From Desulfocapsa sulfexigens DSM 10523 (GTDB lineage: Bacteria > Desulfobacterota > Desulfobulbia > Desulfobulbales > Desulfocapsaceae): DNA of 32,000 bases. Of this stretch, positions 27,469 through 32,000 are shown in pieces. The DNA lies in NCBI RefSeq assembly GCF_000341395.1, contig NC_020304.1, positions 3,630,001-3,662,000 of the forward strand, read 5' to 3'. A program made the translations under genes and the position numbers. Every line of letters begins with the position of its first letter. Position 1 is the stretch's first letter. The notes under the pieces were generated by a model. That model was not told the DNA's origin, did not search any database, and saw only the letters and a list, made by a program, of their open reading frames with translations.

Positions 27469-27708
27469 TTATTGTTCAACTTTAGCATTATGACCAAAAG
27501 TCATGCTCAGTGATTGTAGTGAAGGCAGGCTCTTAAGCGTTTTATGCAGTTTTTTTTCGGTTTCTTCATCAGGAGTCTCCGTCACGAGAATCACTACCTC
27601 TGCATTGTCCGATGGAATAATTTCGCAATAATCAATAGCGGACAGATCCAAACATAATTGATCCATGGCACCCTTATTGGGCAACGCCAGATAACTTAAA
27701 ATTGGCAT
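27469..27708 (-). CDS. napD: NapD-like Tat proofreading chaperone
   Basis: Start moved to the ATG at 27708 (AAAAAGGAGAAAGA upstream); the track start is a GTG at 27747. 79 aa, immediately upstream of napA. The pattern ...CEIIPSDNAEVVILVTETPDEE...LKSLPSLQSLSMTFGH fits the NapD beta-alpha-beta fold pattern. The family is poorly conserved, so the call relies largely on position and size. Confidence 0.65.
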   Translation of the reverse strand: MPILSYLALPNKGAMDQLCLDLSAIDYCEIIPSDNAEVVILVTETPDEETEKKLHKTLKSLPSLQSLSMTFGHNAKVEQ

Positions 27709-27810
27709 TCTTTCTCCTTTTTCCTGATCAATGGTTACCAACTGCACTCTGCAAATACTTCATTCGGCAAAACACTACGTAATTGCCTCACAACTAATGC
27801 TCACAGAATT

Positions 27811-27826
27811 AGCAACATTCATGCCA
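27811..27826 (-). promoter_or_regulatory. Candidate sigma54 (-24/-12) promoter reading into napD-napA
   Basis: The minus strand reads TGGCATGAATGTTGCT, against the consensus TGGCAC-N5-TTGCW with correct GG-to-GC spacing. It lies about 100 nt upstream of the napD ATG (27708). Confidence 0.55.
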
Positions 27827-27922
27827 TACCACCATGTGCCACCCAACAAGGCCAGTAAAACCCTTTTTACCTAAGGATATTATGCGCCACCCAATATCTA
27901 TCCGTTAATTTTTTCGTAAAAC

Positions 27923-27973
27923 ATGTTACCTCAAGGTAACATCCTCTTGTCGATATGTTACTTTTCGGTAAAT
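27923..27973. promoter_or_regulatory. Perfect palindrome plus a repeated half-site (candidate activator/UAS sites)
   Basis: ATGTTACC-TCAA-GGTAACAT (27923-27942, 8-bp perfect arms). A second, imperfect copy ATGTTAC-N6-GTAAAT lies at 27955-27973, 32 bp (about 3 helical turns) away. Both sit roughly 100-150 bp from each of the two sigma54-like elements. Confidence 0.45.
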
Positions 27974-28044
27974 AAAAAAAAACCATACGCTGTCTCGGCT
28001 ATATACAAACCCTGTACAATGCGGAACAGTGATCTCCTCCTGTA

Positions 28045-28076
28045 AGCTACTTTCCAGAGTAGCTGTGTCACGTGAC
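28045..28076. promoter_or_regulatory. Two further inverted repeats just upstream of the plus-strand -24 element
   Basis: AGCTACT-ttccag-AGTAGCT (28045-28064) and the perfect 10-bp palindrome GTCACGTGAC (28067-28076), which ends 18 bp before TGGCAT at 28094. Confidence 0.35.
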
Positions 28077-28093
28077 TGTGACATTGGTAGCAC

Positions 28094-28109
28094 TGGCATT
28101 AGTCTTGCC
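28094..28109 (+). promoter_or_regulatory. Candidate sigma54 (-24/-12) promoter reading toward the regulator/tup genes
   Basis: TGGCATTAGTCTTGCC matches TGGCAC-N5-TTGC with correct spacing. It lies about 230 nt upstream of the ATG at 28341. A sigma70-like TTGTCA (28229-28234) with an N17-19 AT-rich -10 candidate also exists closer to the gene. Confidence 0.45.
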
Positions 28110-28340
28110 GTCGCCAGACAAGCAAAAATGTGGCAACAGACGGATAAATTGTCCAAATACAGTTGCCATCATTAAGTCATCCTCTCAGGATATGAAAAAA
28201 AGATGCACAGCCAATTCAATATCCATATTTGTCACTTTTGGTTATTGTAGGTTTATATGAGTTTTTTTCTACCATTCATTGGTGTTATCGGACCTGAAGG
28301 TGTAATCAGTAACAACAACCAAAAGGGGGCTCCAGTAAGC

Positions 28341-29273
28341 ATGAAAACAGTTTCAAAATTCCTCACCACAAAAGACGTGGCCCAGCTTCTCAATGTAAAC
28401 GAGAAGATGATCTACTCCCTTGTTAACGACAAGGGGCTCCCGGCAACAAAAGTTACTGGAAAATGGTTATTTCCAAGAAGACTTGTGGAAGATTGGCTCG
28501 ATTCACATATCCTTAACTTTAGGTGCTCACACGACACCCTCTCATCCAATAACGGCCTCTTACTTCTTGCCGGAAGCGACGACCCGCTTTTCCAGAAAAC
28601 GCTTTCCCTTTTTCATAAAAAATACAGTGATACTATTGCCTTTTTTGCAAATCAGGGAAGCATGGGTGGTCTCACCAGCCTGAGAAGAGGTCTCTGCCAC
28701 ATCGGTGTTTGCCATCTCCTCGAAAATGAAGAGAATGAGTACAACTTCAGTTTTGCCGAGCAGGAGCTGGACAAGCCCCCGGTTTTTGTCAATTTCAGTA
28801 AACGTGAACAGGGTATCCTCATCCAAAAAGGAAACCCTAAGGGTATTCAATCAATCAATGATTTCTCCAGAAATGACGTCAGAATCGTTAACCGCCCCTT
28901 AAGCACAGGAACAAGACTGCTCCTCGACTATGAGATTTCCAGGTCAGATATCGCTTCAGCTGATATTGATGGCTACGATGTAGAACTCGCACGCCACATA
29001 GATGCTGGGCTTGAGGTTTTGTCAGGAAGGGCAGATGCAGCCCCTGCCATCCGCGCTGTTGCTGGCATGCTGGGGCTTGATTTTATCCCTCTGCGCTGGG
29101 AACGATTTGACTTGCTAATAAATCGAGAACGATTCTTTGAAAAAGGTATTCAACGCTTCATCAGCCTTCTGCATGAAAGGGAGTTCCGTCAATTGGCCAA
29201 TTCCTTTGAAGGCTATGACGTATCGCTTTGTGGAAAAATGCTTTTCCCGGACAATCTTAACAACGAGGAATGA
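28341..29273 (+). CDS. Transcriptional regulator: excisionase/MerR-type HTH fused to a cytoplasmic periplasmic-binding-protein-like (oxyanion-binding, COG1910-like) domain
   Basis: Start set at the ATG at 28341 (AAAAGGGGG upstream); the track start at 28257 sits inside a promoter-like AT-rich stretch. HTH: FLTTKDVAQLLNVNEKMIYSLVNDKGLPATKVTGKWLFPRRLVEDWL. C-terminal domain: LLLAGSDDP...GSMGGLTSLRRGLCHIGVCHL...REQGILIQKGNPKGIQSINDF...VNRPLSTGTRLLLD...GRADAAPAIRAVAGMLGLDFIPL. No signal peptide. Confidence 0.8.
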   Translation: MKTVSKFLTTKDVAQLLNVNEKMIYSLVNDKGLPATKVTGKWLFPRRLVEDWLDSHILNFRCSHDTLSSNNGLLLLAGSDDPLFQKTLSLFHKKYSDTIAFFANQGSMGGLTSLRRGLCHIGVCHLLENEENEYNFSFAEQELDKPPVFVNFSKREQGILIQKGNPKGIQSINDFSRNDVRIVNRPLSTGTRLLLDYEISRSDIASADIDGYDVELARHIDAGLEVLSGRADAAPAIRAVAGMLGLDFIPLRWERFDLLINRERFFEKGIQRFISLLHEREFRQLANSFEGYDVSLCGKMLFPDNLNNEE

Positions 29274-29275
29274 AA

Positions 29276-30172
29276 ATGGTATCACGAATCACAGCATTTG
29301 CAGGGGTCTTAGTTCTCTTATTTGCTATTAACTCAAACAGTATGGCTGAGGACAAGATTTTAAAGATGTCCACCACTACAAGTACCCAGTCATCAGGGCT
29401 TTTAGATATCCTTTTACCTGAATTTGAAAAAGCAACAGGCATAAAAGTGAAGGTTATCGCCAAAGGAACAGGGGCAGCCATACGTGATGGTGAGGATGGT
29501 AATGTGGATATTATCTTTGTCCATGCCAAGGGACGTGAGCTTGCCTTTGTTAAAGATGGCTTCGGCACTGAACGCTTTCCGGTAATGCATAATGATTTTG
29601 TGCTGTTAGGTTCATCAAAAGATCCGGCAGGGATTAAAGATTTTGCTGATATCGCAACTGTTTTTAAAACCATTGCTGAGAAAAAAGCGACCTTCGTCTC
29701 CAGGGGAGACGATTCAGGGACCCATACTAAAGAGCAGAAGCTCTGGGCTGACAGTGGCATTACAATGGTTGAAAAGACCCAAAGCATCGTAAAAAAAGGC
29801 CAGGAGACAAAAATTACTTCCAACTTTCCAGCAGACTCGGCAAGCTGGTATCTTTCCATTGGCCAGGGAATGGGTAAAGTACTCACCTACGCTGAAGAAA
29901 AACAGGCCTACACCCTCTCTGATCGGGGAACTTATATCAAATACAAATACGGCAAAACCCCCGCTCTTGAACTTGATATCCTGAGCCAGGGTGATACAAG
30001 ACTTGCAAACCCTTATGGTATCATCCCGGTTAACCCGGCAAAACACCCCCATGTAAAAAACGATCTGGCCATGGCTTTTGTTGAATGGATCACCGGACCA
30101 GAAGGACAAAAACTTATCGGTGACTATCGTCTCGAAGGAAAACAGCTTTTCTTCCCCGATGCCATCAAATAG
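29276..30172 (+). CDS. tupA: Tungstate/molybdate ABC transporter substrate-binding protein TupA
   Basis: Signal peptide plus the TupA signature MSTTTSTQSSGLLDILLPEFEK (TTTS motif), then VHAKGRELAFV and RGDDSGTH. Two in-frame ATGs exist: 29270 overlaps the regulator stop, while 29276 has GAGGA 6 nt upstream and is preferred. Confidence 0.88.
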   Translation: MVSRITAFAGVLVLLFAINSNSMAEDKILKMSTTTSTQSSGLLDILLPEFEKATGIKVKVIAKGTGAAIRDGEDGNVDIIFVHAKGRELAFVKDGFGTERFPVMHNDFVLLGSSKDPAGIKDFADIATVFKTIAEKKATFVSRGDDSGTHTKEQKLWADSGITMVEKTQSIVKKGQETKITSNFPADSASWYLSIGQGMGKVLTYAEEKQAYTLSDRGTYIKYKYGKTPALELDILSQGDTRLANPYGIIPVNPAKHPHVKNDLAMAFVEWITGPEGQKLIGDYRLEGKQLFFPDAIK

Positions 30173-30198
30173 AAAAACCTTGCATCATCTCTAAAAAT

Positions 30199-30235
30199 AA
30201 GGGAGAAGTGATGTTTTGCTTCTCCCTTTTTTTAT
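30199..30235 (+). terminator. Rho-independent terminator/attenuator between tupA and tupB
   Basis: Perfect 10-bp stem AAGGGAGAAG (30199-30208) / CTTCTCCCTT (30219-30228) with a 10-nt loop. The thymines continue past the stem into a TTTTTTT run (30227-30233). Confidence 0.7.
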
Positions 30236-30331
30236 AGGAACCAGGGGCCTGCAAGTACTGTTTTACCCCCTATGCTTTACCTAATAAACAGCAGTTTACT
30301 ATTGTTTTCTATCCCATCACAAAAGAACTGA

Positions 30332-31036
30332 ATGGATCTCCTCTTTGACAGTATACAATCTGCAATTGCCCTTCTTCTGACGCGTGACCCTGAGTTACTC
30401 AACATAGTCTGGGTATCCGTGAAAGTCAGTGCTTTATCCACGGTTATAGCCTCACTTGCAGGTATTCCCGGAGGATTCCTCATTGCCTATTCCGAGTTTT
30501 ATGGAAAACGGCTGCTCCTTACTTGCCTTAACACCTTACTGGCACTTCCTACGGTGGTTATAGGTCTTCTGGTCTACTCCTTTATTTCACGGCGTGGAAT
30601 ACTCGGACCAATGGAACTTCTCTATACCCAGAAAGCCATAATTATCGGCCAGGTCATTTTAATTGTCCCCCTTATCTGCTCCTTAACCATTGCAGCTATC
30701 AGCAGGATAGATACCCGCTATCGAAAGACAGCTCTCACCCTTGGGGCAACACAAAAGCAGATGGCCCTGGTGATCATTAAAGAAGCCCGTTATGGCATTG
30801 GCGCTGCTGTTATTGCTGCATTTGGTAGAGTCATAGCCGAAGTTGGAATCAGCATGATGCTTGGAGGAAATGCCAAAGGCTTTACCCGCACCATGACTAC
30901 AGCCATGGCCCTTGAATATGACAAAGGTGAATTTGTCCTGTCCGTGGCCCTTGGTCTTACACTCATGAGCATAGCTTTTGCAGTAAATATGCTCTTCCAT
31001 TTTTTTCAGGGAAGGACCAGGGTCGATGCTGTATAA
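30332..31036 (+). CDS. tupB: Tungstate/molybdate ABC transporter permease TupB
   Basis: 234 aa with 5-6 TM helices and an ABC permease EAA-like loop (KTALTLGATQKQMALVIIKEARYGI). Position between tupA and the ATPase gene. Confidence 0.85.
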   Translation: MDLLFDSIQSAIALLLTRDPELLNIVWVSVKVSALSTVIASLAGIPGGFLIAYSEFYGKRLLLTCLNTLLALPTVVIGLLVYSFISRRGILGPMELLYTQKAIIIGQVILIVPLICSLTIAAISRIDTRYRKTALTLGATQKQMALVIIKEARYGIGAAVIAAFGRVIAEVGISMMLGGNAKGFTRTMTTAMALEYDKGEFVLSVALGLTLMSIAFAVNMLFHFFQGRTRVDAV

Positions 31037-32000
31037 AATCCGTAAAATGACAAAGACTTTTAAGAATCGGACGATATTAAATCTTGAACAACTCGATATC
31101 GAGAAGGGAAAGATCTATGCTCTCGTTGGTGCAAATGGCGCTGGAAAGACAACCCTTCTCAACATCCTGTCATTTCTCGACAAACCCCATACAGGACAGC
31201 TTGATTTTTGTGGAGAACCGGTTCTGTACGGCAACCACCAACTCCTGAAACTCAGACGCAAGGTTGTCCTCCTTGACCAATACCCCATACTCTTCACAGG
31301 ACCAGTATGGAAAAATATAGAATTTGGCCTCAAGGTCCGATCCATTCCCAGAGCGCAATGCAAAAAACGTGTTGAGGAAGTCCTCAATCTTGTTGGGATG
31401 GGGGATTTTTTCCATGCAGAAGGTCATAAACTTTCCGGTGGAGAGACCAAACGAGTAGCTTTGGCCAGAGCACTGGCAATAGAGCCTGAAGTACTCCTCT
31501 GTGATGAACCAACAGCAAATGTGGACGCTGAAAATCAGGCAATCATCCTGAACATTTTACAGCAGATTAACTCTGAGCAAAAAACTTCGATTATCTTTGC
31601 CACTCACTACCTCTCCCAGATGCGAAGGCTGGCCAGCCATACCCTTACCCTGGAACATGGCCATCTCTCACAGCAAAAGAAAGAAAATAGCTATACCTGT
31701 ACCGTGATAACCAGAAAAGAGAATGGACTGCTCTGTTATCTCAATGACGCAGTTTCTCTTTTTTTTGCCGGGAATAGTCATCCAGAAGTAGAAAAAGGTA
31801 CAAAAATCCACATAGACCCACTCAGAATTTCCATTGGTAAATCAAAAAACAGTCTTGCAGAAAACACACTGCGGGGAGTTGTCGTTAAGATTGAACAAAA
31901 TAACACTCTCATTCGAATTGACATGGATTGTGGTTTACGAATACGTGTTGTACTGACAAAAGACGAATACCGTGACCTTCAGCCACAGGTAGGTGAGAAA
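31026..32000 (+). CDS. tupC: ABC transporter ATP-binding protein TupC with C-terminal TOBE/Mop-like domain (3' end cut by window)
   Basis: Not in the ORF track because it runs off the window; read directly from the sequence. ATG at 31026 overlaps the tupB stop; an alternative ATG is at 31047. Walker A GANGAGKTT, signature LSGGETKR, Walker B LLCDEPTA. Then NTLRGVVVKIEQNNTLIRIDMDCGLRIRVVLTKDEYRDLQPQVGEK, a typical TOBE pattern. Confidence 0.85.
   Translation, partial: MLYKIRKMTKTFKNRTILNLEQLDIEKGKIYALVGANGAGKTTLLNILSFLDKPHTGQLDFCGEPVLYGNHQLLKLRRKVVLLDQYPILFTGPVWKNIEFGLKVRSIPRAQCKKRVEEVLNLVGMGDFFHAEGHKLSGGETKRVALARALAIEPEVLLCDEPTANVDAENQAIILNILQQINSEQKTSIIFATHYLSQMRRLASHTLTLEHGHLSQQKKENSYTCTVITRKENGLLCYLNDAVSLFFAGNSHPEVEKGTKIHIDPLRISIGKSKNSLAENTLRGVVVKIEQNNTLIRIDMDCGLRIRVVLTKDEYRDLQPQVGEK

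Noticed and set aside
27709-27810. A Moco (molybdenum cofactor) riboswitch in the nap leader, in the regulator/tup leader (28110-28340), or in the tupA-tupB spacer (30236-30331).
   Set aside because: I could not recognise the conserved Moco-motif core or a convincing multi-stem architecture by eye. Only short generic hairpins are present. An Infernal/Rfam scan would be the decisive test.
27923-27942. Reading the ATGTTACC-N4-GGTAACAT palindrome as a NarL/NarP 7-2-7 heptamer pair (TACYYMT).
   Set aside because: TAC and GTA are separated by 6 nt here, not the 10 nt of a 7-2-7 site. The heptamers match TACYYMT only partially.
27926-28260. Small ORFs in the nap/tup intergenic region (76 aa on the minus strand, 62 aa on the plus strand, and 15-22 aa mini-ORFs).
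   Set aside because: They have no SD at workable spacing and no motifs, are Cys-rich with odd composition, and overlap the palindromes and promoter-like elements. They are more plausibly non-coding regulatory DNA.
28257-28340. N-terminal extensions offered by the ORF track. Affected genes are the regulator (28257), TAXI receptor (11355), HPP (20943), tetrahaem cytochrome (24541), NapB-like (25155), napD (27747), the small secreted protein (19988) and the barrel protein (17473).
   Set aside because: In each case a downstream ATG has a good SD at proper spacing and yields a sensible N-terminus (signal peptide or HTH). The extension either overlaps the upstream gene, uses GTG, or lies in promoter-like AT-rich DNA.
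1-32000. A window-wide look for CRISPR repeats, IS elements/transposases, integrases, phage or toxin-antitoxin/defence genes, tRNA and rRNA.
   Set aside because: None was found. No regularly spaced direct repeats, no terminal inverted repeats flanking an ORF, and no recombinase-like or nuclease/ATPase defence-type ORFs turned up. All sizeable ORFs are accounted for by metabolic, transport or respiratory functions.

Overview
This window looks chromosomal and comes from an anaerobic, cytochrome-rich genome of the Thermodesulfobacteriota or 'deltaproteobacterial' type. Desulfobulbales-like is only a guess from gene content, because no rRNA or tRNA is present to anchor it. Positions 1-19.7 kb are mostly housekeeping and transport genes: sdhA/sdhB-type (frdAB-type) flavoprotein and Fe-S subunits, an orphan 177-aa hypothetical, a geranylgeranyl-reductase-family flavoprotein followed by a tiny membrane-anchored dihaem cytochrome c, pepN, dapL, ispH, an Fe-alcohol dehydrogenase with a TAXI-type TRAP transporter, a three-gene RND(MMPL-like)/LolA-like/beta-barrel envelope module, and rarD. 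Positions 19.7-32 kb are the accessory-looking part. They start with a small secreted protein and a HAMP-domain gene remnant. A minus-strand block follows: napD, napA, a tandem-duplicated (4-haem) NapB, a second 4-haem cytochrome, a Tat-exported Fe-S subunit and an NrfD-family membrane subunit, then a CBS-pair protein and an HPP-family membrane protein. I saw no napC, napG or napH. Divergent from this block, across a ~630-bp control region, lie a cytoplasmic HTH plus periplasmic-binding-protein-like regulator and tupA-tupB-tupC (tungstate/molybdate ABC importer; tupC is cut by the window end). The control region holds two outward-facing matches to the sigma54 -24/-12 consensus and several perfect palindromes. 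I saw no CRISPR array, IS/transposase, integrase, phage gene, tRNA or rRNA. All calls rest on motif recognition by eye in the supplied translations, and no database search was possible.
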